Below, piece by piece: positions 21,880 through 34,677 of a stretch of DNA of 38,268 nucleotides. The stretch is from Octopus bimaculoides (lineage: Eukaryota): assembly GCF_001194135.2 (NCBI RefSeq), contig NC_068981.1, positions 108,596,499 to 108,634,766 on the forward strand. The letters run 5' to 3'. Under the pieces are notes generated by a model, which worked only from the letters and a program-made list of their open reading frames with translations, was not told where the DNA came from and made no database searches. A program made the position numbers and the translations under genes. Numbering within the stretch: the first letter of the stretch is position 1; the number at the start of each line of letters is the position of its first letter.

Positions 21880-22985
21880 GCATCTGCATCTATAGAGTTT
21901 CAAAAGCGTGGACTACCCCATTGTCATATGTTCATATTAAAAAAAGATCCAGAACATTATGATAAATTTGTTTATGCAGAAATCCACAAAGACAACCCAA
22001 ACACAGAATTCCAAATCCACAAATACAACCAATTCTGTTTCAACAAATCACCAAAAGCATGCTACATGGTCCATGTGGAAGAGATAAACCCAATGCAACA
22101 TGTATAGTTGATGGGAAATGTAAAAATATATTTCCCTAAAGACTTTCAAGAAAATACATTACACAGTTATAATGGCTATCCACTTTACCGACGCCGAAAT
22201 AATGGTTTTACACTTACAAAGTCTAATGTTGAATTAGATAAGCGTTCAGTAGTACCATATTCCCCCTTCTTTTTAGTCAAATATGGAGGACATTGTAATG
22301 TAGTGATATGTGCATCTGTAAAATCAGTTAAATATATTAGCAAATATATTCATAAAGGTCATGATCGGGTGACAGTCAATATTAATGGACAAATCAATGC
22401 ACGACAAACACACAAAGATGAAATTGAAAATTACATCAATGGCCGCTATGTATCTTCATCAGAGGCAGTCTGGAGGATTTTAGGGTTCAAATTACATAGT
22501 TCATATCCTGCTGTCCAAAGATTACAGTTCATTTACCCTAACAGCAATACATATGATTTAATGATAATATTGAACATGTTATCCACACACATGACAGGCC
22601 CACTCTCACTGAATGGATGCGAGTTAACCGGAAATCACCAGCTAACTCATTTGCATATACATTACACTATAATGATGGAATAATAGTGAGAAAATGTGGC
22701 ACCTCAGAAAAAGTAATACTCACTCAATTGGGCGTACCTCCTTTATTTCACCAAAGGAACAAGAGCGATTCTATCTGGGAGCTTTACTATATCATATTCT
22801 CGAAGCTACATCATTTGAAGATTATGAAAACTATTAATGGTGCAGTTTGCCATTGTTACAAAGAGGCTCCAATGAAACTGGGTTTAGCTCATGATGACCG
22901 CGAAAGCTATCGGACTATGGAGTTTGCAAATGTTTCAGCTACTCCATATCAGATGCGAAGACTTTTCTGCTCCATTCTTAATTAC
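21880..22985 (+). mobile_element. Helitron Rep (HUH endonuclease) region, pseudogenised
   Basis: It reads SIEFQKRGLPHCH (HUH motif), YFPKDF, GYPLYRRR, VVPYSP.FL.KY, SVKSVKYISKYIHKGHDR, DEIENYINGRYVSSSEAVWRI.GF, PAVQRL and QMRRLFCSIL. Confidence 0.93.
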
Positions 22986-23244
22986 TGCCTTCTATATGTA
23001 TACTTATGTATATATATNNNNNNNNNNNNNNNNNNNNNNNNNNNNNNNNNNNNNNNNNNNNNNNNNNNNNNNNNNNNNNNNNNNNNNNNNNNNNNNNNNN
23101 NNNNNNNNNNNNNNNNNNNNNNNNNNNNNNNNNNNNNNNNNNNNNNNNNNNNNNNNNNNNNNNNNNNNNNNNNNNNNNNNNNNNNNNNNNNNNNNNNNNN
23201 NNNNNNNNNNNNNNNNNNNNNNNNNNNNNNNNNNNNNNNNNATA

Positions 23245-23730
23245 TAGCAATAAGAAAATGGAGGGGAATATGAGGTGCCCATCAACTTGCAGACACTGTA
23301 TTCCATTGATTAATCTGTTTATTTTATAACTAAATTGACAAAAAACACAATATACAGACACTTATGACATACTATATCATATGAACAATTAAAATTTCAA
23401 ATTTAAAGGGCATTTAGCAATTGGAGAAGGGACAAAAACTTACAGCTGATTCAGCCTAGCGTTGGCATACCCCATTCTATCTCTATAGCTCCTGTACGCT
23501 GGAGTAATTAGTAGATGAAAATGATGCAATGGGGGTACATACATGATTCGCTAGGCCTCTTCAGAGATTTACAAAATTCAATACAAATATAAAATAAGAA
23601 TAAAATTAAAAAATTAAAATATAAAAATATAAGGCTGCACAGATGGCTGCACATGCACACCAAAATAGTTAACAGTCACTGTCACTACATGTGAGGGGGA
23701 CATACACATATATATCTACCCCCTCACACA

Positions 23731-23763
<33 letters not shown>

Positions 23764-24727
23764 GTATATATAAATATTCCCATACATACATGATCCCTGG
23801 CATGAACGTTATTCGTTGCGTTTGGAAAGCTGTTTATATGTTAAAATGTGTTGGGTGCGTGCGTGTCCGTTCTGTATGTGGTGGAGGAGTCTAAGAAATA
23901 ATTTCCACATAGACCCCTCCACCACATACAGAACTGACACGCACGCACCCAACAAATTTTAACATATAAACAGCTTTCCAAGCGCAACAAATAACGTTCA
24001 TGCCAGGGATCATGTATATATGGGAATATTTATATATACATATATGTATGTATGTATGTATGCATGTATGTATGTATGTATGTATGTATGCATGTATGTG
24101 TAAGGGGATAGATATATATGTGTATCTCCCCCTCACATATAGTGACAGTGACTGTTGACTATTTTGGTGTGCATTTGTGTATGTGCATCTGAGTACACAT
24201 ATATGTAACTCATGTAGTTATGTTTTTGTATTCATCTATATCTGCGTATAGTAATGTATACATGCATAGGCATGTATATTGGAGTTTTTATAATTATTTA
24301 TATGGTTTTATATACTTTTTGTAGGCTTTTTTATGTGCCTTATATTTTTATATCTTCATTTTTTTATTTTATTCTTATTTAATATTTGTATTGAATTTTG
24401 TAAATCTCTGAAGAGGCCTAGCGAATCATGTATGTACCCCCATTACATCATTTTCATCTACTAATTACTCCAGCGTACAGGTGCTATAGAGATAGAATGG
24501 GGCATGCTAACGCTAGGCGGAAACAGCTGTAAGTTTTTGTCCCTTCTGCAATTGCTAAATGTCCTTTAAATTTGAAATCTTAATTGTTCATATGATATAG
24601 TATGTCATAAGTGTCTGTATATTGTGTTTTTTGTCAATTTAGTTATAAAATAAACAGATTAATCAACGGAATACAGTGTCTGCAAATTGAAGGGTACTTC
24701 ATATTCCCCTCCATGTTTTTATTGCTA
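23245..24727. mobile_element. Long palindromic (foldback) non-autonomous DNA element with TAG...CTA ends (Academ-like by termini only)
   Basis: The left arm 23245-23893 is the reverse complement of the right arm 23910-24727, which has ~170 extra bp near 24170-24345. The spacer is 16 bp. The flanks (n)ata and tata are compatible with a TATA TSD. Confidence 0.8.
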
Positions 24728-24844
24728 TATAAATTTAGGGTAAGATAACCCCCTTTTACCCGCACCCACTTATTGCACTTGGTATAACACTAGTGTAGCA
24801 ATAATTGGTACCCTCCCAGCAGTATATTGGATAGTTAAGAAACT

Positions 24845-25410
24845 TTAATATATATATATACTATGAACTTAGCCCAAATAATTGCAGCTCATAACTTTAA
24901 AATACTTAAATCAAAAGGAATTGGGGAGGATAGCGATGTGAACCCTGATATAAATAATAATAACAATAATAGTAATAGTAATCGGAATATGATTACGGTA
25001 ACAGAGGTTAACCCCAGAAGATTGAAGTTTGAAGGCCCTAATGCGAGAGTGAGAAATGTAGTTTATCAATGTAAGGTAAGGACTCGGGCAGATGTTAGCC
25101 GATACTTGGGGTGTTCTTCGGGACAAATCTGTAAAAGATTATCTAATCATTATAGTACCTTTCAAGATAGAAGTAAAATAGCAAGTACCAGTCTTAGTAA
25201 ATTCATTTGGGAACTGAAGGAACAAAAAAAAGCAATATTCGTTAGAATGGTCAATTATTGGGAGATCTTTCCCTTGTGACAAAGGTAAGAGATATCGCTC
25301 GATGTGTAATCTAGAATTATATTTTATATTATTCTCTAAGGGTAAGTTGATAAATAAACTCACACATAATGCTTTCAGATGCACCCATTATCCGAAACAC
25401 ACATTTCTCT
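24845..25410 (+). mobile_element. Penelope-like element fragment, GIY-YIG endonuclease region
   Basis: It reads MNLAQIIAAHNFKIL...NVVYQCKV...YLGCSSGQICKRLSNHYSTF...STSLSKFIWELK, then after a frameshift MCNLE...LINK...RCTH. This follows the Penelope pattern II..HN / VVY..YIG / KR..NH..SF / T.LSK.IW.LK / LC..E / CRH. Confidence 0.85.
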
Positions 25411-26653
25411 GGTTTAAATGAGTTATAAATTTCAGTATGATCGGGTATTATAGTATATTATAGTATAATATTAGGTCTTAAGGCAGGCCATATCAATGTA
25501 TAATTTACCAATAGCTATTGTATTTGTACTTATGATTATTTGCTAAAGTTTCTAGAGATAATATAATATAGATCTCCATTGATTTATAAGTCATTACCAG
25601 GAATCAATATTTGTAATATGTGATTGTTTATAATTAATTAATAATATTATGAGGGGTTTTCTCCCTTTGACGGACCTTTATTTAAGGAGAAATTTGAATA
25701 TGAACCAGACTTAGAGACGATGTTTTTGGTGTTTAATTTTTGCTATTTACCTTTTACCCTGAACATGTGTAAGGTAATTTATCTATTTAACTTGAATTTG
25801 ACAGTTAAATATAGCCTTATACAGAAATGTTGACATAGGAATAAACTTCAATAATAATGGATATTAGCGTCAAAACTCTCATTTAACTTATTGNNNNNNN
25901 NNNNNNNNNNNNNNNNNNNNNNNNNNNNNNNNNNNNNNNNNNNNNNNNNNNNNNNNNNNNNNNNNNNNNNNNNNNNNNNNNNNNNNNNNNNNNNNNNNNN
26001 NNNNNNNNNNNATATATATATATATATATATATAATCATATCGTTAAGTATATTTGCCACCTAAATGTAGCTGACCTATAAGAGACGAGGCTACTGTTGT
26101 TTATAGCCCCAGAAAGACATCTCCAGTTGGCTATTGACACACTGTCTGTGCCCTATCACAACCCAATCAAATCCGCCGGTTGTGATTTTTCACATAGAAC
26201 AATAAACTGTTTTTAAATTACACACCACTGAATATAAATAATCCTCATATTTAAATATGGCCGATGTAAAACTTGATACACCGGAGAGTGAAATGAACAA
26301 AGGATAAAAGTCATATAATACTGAGGAATCAATTTTCTTTTACATTTTGTCAGATTAATTTTCTGAATTTAAATGTTTATCATTAATCTCTCACATTGGC
26401 TTAAAGATAAAGCGGAAAGGAAGTCGATTCAATCGGCTCCAGTACATGACTGGTGTTATATCTATTGATAACGGTGTGATTTGAACAAAACTACTTATTA
26501 AGAAACTTAGCGACTACAGTTGCTTCTGTTACAAAATCTTAACATTTGACACAGAATGAATAAAAAGATAGCTAGTGTATGAATATATTTCGAACTGCTA
26601 AGCAGGATAGCCATTCCTTTCTGAAACTTGTTATATGTGAATATTTCCACTAC

Positions 26654-26655
<2 letters not shown>

Positions 26656-26715
<60 letters not shown>

Positions 26716-26754
26716 TGCGTGCGTGCGTGCGTGCGTGCGTGTGTGCGTGCGTGC

Positions 26755-26786
<32 letters not shown>

Positions 26787-26812
26787 CTGTGTGTGTGCGT
26801 GCGTGCTTTGTG
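26656..26812. repeat. Compound (GT)n/(GCGT)n microsatellite
   Basis: Directly visible. It generates the spurious CVCV/HTHT ORFs. Confidence 0.97.
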
Positions 26813-28304
26813 CACATGTGTATAGCTGTTTTCATCTTTCGTATAATCTATAGCTTGCCCGATATACGCCATGTTGGACAGAAATGAATAATGTACTAAT
26901 TTCCCTGAAATCCTCAATGTTTCATTTTGAAAGACAGAACAATTGTACGTTAACTCTCATAGGTACGACGAGAGCGCGGAAACTCAAGTACACAAACGTA
27001 ACAAAAGTAATGGCGGCACCTAATTTGGTGGGCTGAATATGTTATATGATAGAAATAGCAGTAGTGGCGCACAAGCCGTTTGGTTCGACACAGACTCTCT
27101 ACCAATTAAAAAGTGCTTACAATTGCCGTACCATCATAGATGTATTGGAATGTACGATGTGTTTGGCAGAAGCTTAACTACCATTGTACACTGAGTTTGT
27201 GTTTATGTGTAGATGCGTGTGTATTTGCGTGTATGTGTGTGAGTTCTCTGTATACATTTTTTACTTATTTTTTATTATCTTTTGGTACCGATGACAGAAT
27301 TCTTCAAGTTGAAAGGATGAAAGTTCAAATATCTTGAGATTATTAATATTTCTAAGGTTAAAGCGAATATAGTTCATTCCGCTTTCACTGTTGTTACTTT
27401 TTTTCTTTCTTTCTTTTGCTTTGTTTCTTCTTTCCGTTTTTCTTCACTTCCTTCTTTTCTTCTGCTCTTTCTTTTCTTTCTTTAATTCTTTATTTCCTTT
27501 CTAAACTTTCTTCCACTCCTCAGAATCAAGTAAAAATTATTGATTTCTTCTTACCACTCACAAGGCCTCAATTATTGTTGGGTGCGTATAACTGTCCTAA
27601 AATATTGATATTAGTGGATATCGAAAAGAACAACCTCCCACTAAACAGAAACCAAAACTCGATTCTATAATAGTGTACTTAGCACAAGTTTAATCGCAAC
27701 AGATCCTTGAATTATTTGTTGATTTCTTTTGGACTGTATACAGTCGGCTGGATTGATTGATTTTAATATATTACTGGGCCACTAGACGTCGAACCATTTA
27801 CAATAAACTGACCAGTTACGACGAGCTCTATTGTTACTTAAAGTTTCACTGATATCTTGAATATGTTTGTGAATATATAAAGTTCTCTGTTTTAAGAAAG
27901 AAATAGGATTTCTGATGTACGGCTTTTCTCCGCCGTAGAGTACTTAAATCAAGTGAAATATTTATGATTGGAAATTAAAATCTTGCTTTAGTCTAAATAT
28001 AGACAAATATGTCGCTAGTTTATTTCCTCAATATTAAGGAATACCAGACTAATTCAATAATAGGAAGTGTGACGTTCTTGGGTTTCCTAGAAGACTTAGG
28101 GATTTAGTAATGAAAGAGAAGTTAAATAGCAACACTCTATCGCACTCATCGCTTTATAAATGCCACTGCTTTGGCTTTTCTGTTTCGCGTGGATTTTGGA
28201 AGGATTTAAGCTCAGCAACGCAAGAAAAAAAAACATGTTTCAATTAATTAGAACCCCTACTTGTCAAAATAGTCAACAGAATCTCCACCTTGTACATATA
28301 AATA

Positions 28305-28306
<2 letters not shown>

Positions 28307-28347
<41 letters not shown>

Positions 28348-28385
28348 CGCGCGCGCGTGTGTGTGTGTGCGTGTGTGTATGTGTG
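28307..28385. repeat. (GT)n/(GC)n microsatellite
   Basis: Directly visible. Confidence 0.95.
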
Positions 28386-30549
28386 TGACGATGAAACTAA
28401 TATCTCAAGAATAAATCTGATTATTTTGAGTTTTTCATCTTGCTTCCACTCATTTTGTCGCTATGTTGTTATTCTAAATACAATAGAGACAAGAATGCTT
28501 AATGGTATTTTCTCTTTAATTTTCTCAGTCTGCTTCAAGGTAGTATAATGATGTTTAGTTATTAACTTAAAATCATGCAGGGTTATGTAATATATTTTGT
28601 AAAGTTATTCTAATACTAGTTTTTTATATTGTAAGACCTTCGTAATTTTTTGATCAGTTAATCTGGAGATGAGTGACAATGGTCACATATTTTTGCAGAT
28701 TGTCTGAGTATAGTAAAAATGATTCAGTTGATAGCTTGAAATATTACAGCTCGTATAGGAAACGTGAAGATGTAAAGAATTTGTAAGGGCTGCTGTTCTT
28801 GTGTGGAATGGTTGGACAAAATGCAAATGACTCCAAAGAGTGACAAATTAAAAAACAATGAAGGGTGGTATAATCTGTATATGAATGTGTACAGTTAAAA
28901 GTAAATGGAAGCAGATAAATATGGTCGATAGTTGGAAACAACTAAATCTTTAGTGTTTAATAAGGAGAGGGACAACCTTAGCTTTACATTGTCTTGGAGT
29001 AAGTACCAAGAAGATATTATAAGATAAGTTGCCTTTCATATCTAAACTGATCGCAGAAGATTCTTCTCTTAATAGCAGTATGAACGTGATACTGAGTCAC
29101 GAAGTCTTGCAAAGGTGAATCATTTTCAGATTAGAATTAGTAGGTATCTTTGTTTCCAAAGTATTACTTGCAGAGATATCTGAACTAAGGAGCAGTGCTA
29201 AGGCAGCAAATTCCAAATCCTTCGCAAAGATTCTTTTGTTAAAAAGACAGAAAGCTGGAGGATAATTTAGGAGGTGGGAGAGCTTACAGGCCATGCATCA
29301 TACAAAAGCATTTTTACGTTCTCCATGGTCATTTTACAACAGTTACGATTGTGAGTGATATTACGGATGGGGAGGGGGAGAGACACTTCATCTAGATATT
29401 ATAGAGTATATTTGTCTGTAAAACTGCAGCACAGCTCGCTGCATGTAAAACCTTTGGAACGGTTGTCGGATTACAGACATTAGATTTGTTAAGAATGTTG
29501 AGAATATATACATTGATATTCAATTAACTATCTCTGATAAATTATGAATGAAGCATATTTGCTGCCGCGTGTATAAAGCATAGAATTTCCAACGCTCCAG
29601 TCAGTTAGATAACTCCAAACGCCAAAATATTGGATGAGGAGTTTTTGTGAGTTTATTGATATGTTATGAACTGGGTTTCGTTTTTTAAAGCAAGAACGAG
29701 GCCAGTGAAATGAATTGGTTTCAAGCAGAAATTAATATCGCTTTATGGATATTGTTTGCATGGAGTATTTTTTCTTTTTTCTTTTTTTTTTTCTGCTTCA
29801 CTCTCACAGAGTGATTGCATGCTTTCGGCTTATGGTGATGCTGTTTCTACTTTTGAGATTGACTCTTTGACTTATATCAGCTTTTTTTCAATATTTCCTT
29901 ATCAACTATTTGATTTGTTCTATTCACTGCAGTTTAGTATTTCAGTCTGGTAGTCCGTGGAGTTGCTAGCAGCATTATTACAAACTGTTGCAGTTATTGT
30001 TGTGGCCACGATTAATAAACGCCCTATCAAGGAACTATTTAAGATACAATGTCTTGATATTCACATCGACTTAGCTTTTCTAAGTGTTTCATAAATAAAG
30101 CTGGCGCCAGGAAATTGTGAGTTGAGTTTGTAATGCATGTCAAATTAATTAAGCTTGATAGATAAGAATACTTACTGAGGGCTGTGATTGTAGCCTGAGA
30201 TATATATGTATGTGGGTATACATATATGTATGAATATATATATATATGTACGTATGTATTATGTATATAACATATAACTCGCTCCTAACTTCTCACTATG
30301 TTTCTCTCTCTACATATACATACATGCATATACATATATACACATATACGTGTGTATATGTGTGCGCGTCTGTATGTATACATACATACATACATACATA
30401 CATAATACTATATNNNNNNNNNNNNNNNNNNNNNNNNNNNNNNNNNNNNNNNNNNNNNNNNNNNNNNNNNNNNNNNNNNNNNNNNNNNNNNNNNNNNNNN
30501 NNNNNNNNNNNNNNNNNNNNNNNNNNNNNNNNNNNNNNNNNNNNNNNNN

Positions 30550-30973
30550 CAGAAATAACACTGACATCTCATTTTAACAGATATATTTACCAAGTAAATT
30601 TATTCAATAAAATCGCCATTGGCTTCAACCACGGCTTCCAGACGACTTCGGAACTTCCTGCAACCCTTCTGGACGGTCTCCTTGTATAAAGTTGGTGAAT
30701 GCTGCTATAATCCTTGCCTCCAGTTCATCTTTGGTGTTTTGTTGGTCTCTGGCTCAACTGCGCCCCACACATAATAATGAAGGGGAGTTAGGTGGCCAGA
30801 TGATAGGGCTGATGTGGTTGTAGAAATTGTCTGACAGCCATGACTGGGTTCTTCTGCTTGTGTGGGATGGTGCAGAGTCCTGTTGCCAGTCATAGGGTTT
30901 TCCAGCTGCCACCCTTTTGACCCAGAGCAGGACTATCGCCTCCAGGCACTTGATGTAGGCTTCCGTGTTTAGA
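30550..30973 (-). mobile_element. Mariner/maT-type transposase C-terminal relic
   Basis: The minus strand reads LNTEAYIKCLEAIVLLWVKRVAAGKPYDWQQDSAPSHTSRRTQSWLSDNFYNHISPIIWPPNSP/YYVWGAVE...NTKDELEARIIAAF...RSRLEAVVEANGDFIE*. Confidence 0.9.
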
Positions 30974-31884
30974 AGTATGCATCAGTATAGATGTGTCTCT
31001 TCGGGTGATTACAAGATATATCTCATTAAAATAACGTCTGTTCTGCAATTTTTTTTCTTGGTATGTCTATATAAAAGTAACAAATTAAGAGATTATTGAA
31101 TCTGATTTTATTCGCCTTCTATCATAATGAAGCTGTATCCCTTAATTTGATGCTTTTGTATACACATACCGAGAAGAAAACTTGTGGAATAGACGTTTAA
31201 CACGGAATTTTAAAACAGTTTTTATACGTAGGTATTCGATCGAAAGCTATGAGATTGTGTCACATCTATACCTTTATGTAGAATTTTAGGTTTTCAAGGA
31301 ATAGAAACAGTACAATGATATTTGGAACTATTTCGCAGATTCTACTTGTCAGGAATTATATATATAAACTTTGGTGTCTGTTATTTTATTTTTTTTCATT
31401 GGTATTTGTAATTGTTGACGTTTCACTTGCTATCCTTAGTGTTGTTATTGCTGTTACTGTTGTTAGCTAAGTCAGTTATGTCAGTTGTAACTTTATCACT
31501 CTTCCTGTAGAAAAGGAATAATACGCAGCATGGTGCTTCCGAGCTTCAAATTCCTGGAAACTGATGCCTATGCTGATGTTGTTGCCAAAATCTATTTTCG
31601 TGGTTTTTGAATAATTATAAACTCGGAAAGAATTCCCTACTGACTAATAAAATGTTAATAAGTGCAATAAGAATATATATTTATAACATTTCTTTTTACC
31701 CTCAGTGTTGAATGTATAGTGTTTTAGTATAAATACATTAACAGTCAGTATTAGATATTGTTAAAATATATACACACACACTCGTATATGTAAGAGCTGT
31801 TAGCATTTTCACATAGAAGATGATTTGCTACTGAAATTAATGAGATAGATGACTTTATGTAATCCTAGAAGGAGGGCGAGAAAA

Positions 31885-31922
31885 GGAGAGAGGGAGAAGG
31901 AGAGTGAGAGAGAGAGATGGAA

Positions 31923-32015
<93 letters not shown>

Positions 32016-32016
32016 A
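31885..32016. repeat. (GA)n purine microsatellite
   Basis: Directly visible. Confidence 0.96.
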
Positions 32017-33266
32017 ATTTAAGCTGCCTGTGCCATCTTGAAAGAAGTTGGTGTCAATTATTTTGCAAGTATTATGACATTAATAATATGATTACTAAAG
32101 TTGTAAACATCAGAAATAACGATGTCTGTTTGAGTATGGGGTATATTATGCAAACATAAATCTTGCATAATGGTTTGAAGCTAAATATACGATGTCCTAT
32201 CTGGCTAGTATTTGAAAGGAGTCACTGTTAGAGAGAAATACGGACAATGCCTCAAATGCGTGCGGAAGAATGGCTTAAGTTGATATGCAGTATAATAGCT
32301 TCCACTGTAAATACCGGGATCTGATGTTGGTGGCATGAATCCTTAAATGTATTAATAACACACCAGTTTTGTTTTTTTTCACGGAGAAAATGCAGTCTAC
32401 AGAGGGTAATCTTTATCATCCTAAAACAAGCAATTCCAATTAAAAGTTGCTTTTCTTACCACCGTCGAAGAATAAGTATTACTCGTAGAGCTGCTAAGAC
32501 GCGCTCAGAGACAGATTTTTTAAACCATGTATTCCTCTTAATGTGCGTATGTCTATGTGGAAACCTATCTTTATATTTATTTGTTTAAAAGTTTCATGTT
32601 ATAATTATTTTAGTTATGTTTATCAATTTCTTTTTATTAATTGGGATCATTTAATAATTGCTGTTACAGCTGTTATTAAATTCTTCCAGCTTGAAATCCA
32701 ATCCACTGTTTTCATTCTGATATATTTGTGCATTTTATAAGAGCACATTACCGAAAGAACTTAGCCTGATTTTCAAGGTTTTCTAGAAGATTAATAAACA
32801 CTCTTACATTATCCGGGCGATAAGACATGAAACAGACTGAATAATCGCTCATTAATTACACAGTGCCCCCACTACCTGTGAATGCAGTCTGCGCATCTTC
32901 ATCAAACAGATCTGTAGACAGGTGATGATAATATGATAGTGACAGACATTATCTACGAATTTTTTTCCTGAAAGAATTCACTAGAAAACTTCTCAATTTT
33001 GCGATAAAAAAATTACAATACGTATATACCTCAATACAATATTTGAATTAATACAATTTTGAAATATACAAATTTACAATGTTAAAGAAATGAAAATAAA
33101 CGCACATTACGGTTTAACGAAAACAACAGCGTTCTTATAAAGTTTATCACATTGTTCAAACTCCGAAACTAAAATTTTTTTATAAACAAAAAATTCCAGA
33201 AATATAAAAGTTTATGAGGAATATATTCAGACAAATTGAGAAAGTCTTTTGGGAAAATGTACTATT

Positions 33267-33611
33267 CTACCGCTTCTTATTGCCTAATTCTTCATTGTTG
33301 AATAGCTTCGAAAATTCTTTCTGTTTTGAATTTGAAGTTCTTTTTAGTATTTCTGCTTTAATTGGAGAATAAGAAACTGGCTCGACAGGATTTAAAAATA
33401 AATCTCTAATCGCATCGCTTAGAGATGGAGGCAAATTACTTAACTTTATATTGTATTTTTGCTCTTCATTCGTTATACGATTTGCCTCTAGTTGTGCCAA
33501 CCAGATAATTGTGTCTTCAGTCCATGGAGGAGATGGTAATATATTTACTGAAGCTTGTGTATAACTCCTATCGAAATAGGACACCTCGAATTCTTTCAAA
33601 TTCTGCTCCAT
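33267..33611 (-). mobile_element. Ty3/Gypsy LTR-retrotransposon gag fragment (DUF7041-like)
   Basis: It reads LPSPPWTEDTIIWLAQLEA..ITNEEQKY...LPPSLSDAIRDLFLNP...YSPIKAEILKRTSNSKQKEFSKLFNNEELGNKK. This matches the P.FW..D...WF.Q.E / IRDL...P / EELGD+KP pattern of invertebrate Gypsy Gag. No pol was seen. Confidence 0.8.
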
Positions 33612-34496
33612 CTATGTATTTAAAAATTTTTCTGAAAGAGAAAAAAAATTTATGTTATGTTATTAAGCTTTCAACAGTTCTAAATATTATTTCTATATTG
33701 CTAGAAAGTGCAATTAAAATGTTTCTATACTTTCTTTCTTCAGCGTTTTTTCCTTTCAACCTTTAATGTCAAATATTTCTGTTATTAAAATTTATAATGG
33801 TATTCTGTCACGTCGATATATTATGGCTCTTTGTATAAGATGGCATTGAACAGAAATGAACTATTTACAATCTGTAGTGTTTCTATTTCAATGAATTTCT
33901 TTTACAGCGACTGACAGCTCCGGGAATGTAAAGCAATTACTAATTGTTACTGTCATGTATTGAGCAAAAAAGTAAGTAAATAAATAAGATAATTTTTAAA
34001 AGCCACCAGTATCTATTCAGCACTTCACTTAATAGTGGGTAGATTCCCTTATATAGAAACAGAATGTTTCTGATATACTGAAATTTGAAGACAGTAACCA
34101 AGAACGAGTGTCACAAACCTATGCTGACGAAGAACTAGGAGTCAGGAATACCATAGAGATTTCTTCAAATTACGCAACGTTTAGTGAATAGTTAAAATCG
34201 TTTAAAGCCTCACACCGAAGATATTGTGAAACAAGCCACGAATAGACTAATTGAATAAAATTAGTTATAAAAAATGTTTAATTAGAAGAAATGTTGACCT
34301 GTCGGGACGATACATTATAAAATGTAGAACATTTATTTCTTTTGTAAAGCTTGGTCTAGATAAGTGTTCATATCTAGTATTTAATCAAGAAAGGAGGGTG
34401 AAGGAGAAGGAATGCAGATATAAAAGGTTTGTCGAGTTCTCTTGATTCCAATGAAGAATTACGATAACCTGCCTAGAATTGATGAAAATTTGCATG

Positions 34497-34677
34497 CAGC
34501 CATAGCTGTGCAGTAAGATGTTTGCTCCCCACCAACATGATTCCGGGTTCAGTCCCATTGCGTGACACTTTGGGCAAATGTCTTCTACTACAGTACAGGG
34601 CCGCCCAAGGTCTTGTGAGTAGATTTTGTTGACGGAAACTGAAAGAAGTCCGTCGTGCACACACACACACACACACT
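34497..34677 (+). mobile_element. tRNA-derived octopus-type SINE head and body followed by (CA)n
   Basis: tagctgtgcagtaagatgtttgctccc...ccgggttcagtcccattgcgtgacactttgggcaaatgtcttctac...gacggaaactgaaagaagtccgtcgt has A/B-box-like elements. The family was recognised from memory. Confidence 0.75.

Noticed and set aside
25410-25893. Penelope-associated hammerhead downstream of the GIY-YIG fragment
   Set aside because: I found no CTGANGA...GAAA core with pairing stems on either strand by eye.
26955-27110. CpG-richer patch with ATGGCGGC as a promoter or start exon
   Set aside because: The ORF stops after 8 codons and there is no convincing donor. It could be a decayed repeat.
32454-32530. Possible first exon of a minus-strand neighbour gene (CpG-containing, G|GTAAGA donor at 32460/32459)
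   Set aside because: There is only a donor-like motif, with no downstream exons or coding signal. It needs RNA-seq.
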